This document shows positions 63,399-64,000 of a stretch of 64,000 bases of DNA, one piece after another (within the stretch, counting starts at the first letter, position 1; each line of letters begins with the position of its first letter). Under the pieces are notes generated by a model. It was not told the origin of the DNA. It was given only the letters and a program-made list of their open reading frames with translations, and searched no databases. The position numbers and the translations under genes were made by a program. This stretch comes from Haliotis cracherodii (taxonomy: Eukaryota): assembly GCF_022045235.1 (NCBI RefSeq), contig NW_027266275.1:71858001-71922000 (forward strand), given 5' to 3'.

Positions 63399-64000
63399 TA
63401 TACTCAGTATGTCGACCTGTAATCTTTCCGACACTTTATGCTCAGTATGTCGACCTGTAATCTGTCGGACACTTTATGCTCAGTATGTCGACCTGTAATC
63501 TGCCCGACACTTTATGCTCAGTATGTCGACCTGTAATCTTTCCGACACTTTATGCTCAGTATGTCGACCTGTAATCTGTCGGACACTTTATGCTCAGTAT
63601 GTCGACCTGTAATCTTTTCGACATTTTATGCTCAGTATGTCGACCTGTAATCTGTCCGACAATTTATGCTCAGTATGTCAACCTGTAATCTGCCCGACAC
63701 TTTATGCTCAGTATGTCGACCTGTAATCTGTCGGACACTTTATGCTCAGTATGTCGACCTGTAATCTGCCCGACACTTTATGCTCAGTATGTCGACCTGT
63801 AATCTTTCCGACACTTTATGCTCAGTATGTCGACCTGTAATCTGTCGGACACTTTATGCTCAGTATGTCGACCTGTAATCTTTTCGACATTTTATGCTCA
63901 GTATGTCGACCTGTAATCTGTCCGACAATTTATGCTCAGTATGTCAACCTGTAATCTGCCCGACACTTTATGCTCAGTATGTCGACCTGTAATCTGTCGG
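63399..64000. repeat. 38-bp minisatellite with a 7-unit (266-bp) higher-order repeat
   Basis: TATGCTCAGTATGTCGACCTGTAATCTGTCGGACACTT units; the variant GTCAAC occurs at 63677 and 63943. Confidence 0.95.

Overview
Animal genomic DNA: AT-rich, spliceosomal introns, three N-gaps. The repeat landscape resembles a mollusc, probably a gastropod such as abalone (inference only). The left two-thirds (5-42 kb) hold a tandem cluster of eight single-exon Cys-loop/nAChR-like loci in two subfamilies: four intact ORFs and four pseudogenes or fragments. The intact ORFs keep the Cys-loop and the cationic GEK-M2 motif but lack the loop-C vicinal cysteines and most acetylcholine aromatic-box residues. Paralogue differences concentrate in the ligand-binding loops, so the cluster looks like a birth-and-death sensory receptor repertoire, analogous to cephalopod chemotactile receptors. 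The right part holds a complete 13-exon gene on the minus strand (48724-62791, 751 aa by manual splicing) encoding a secreted SP-LDLa-CUB-CUB-CUB-LDLa-trypsin-type protease. The remainder is decayed LINEs (I/Nimb, R4/Dong-like, CR1/L2-like), Penelope/Naiad fragments, a nested Gypsy remnant, Tc1 relics, several SINE families with TSDs, a 3.5-kb foldback/Mutator-like element with a 9-bp TSD and internal inverted satellite arrays, a hairpin-ended element, and six minisatellites.
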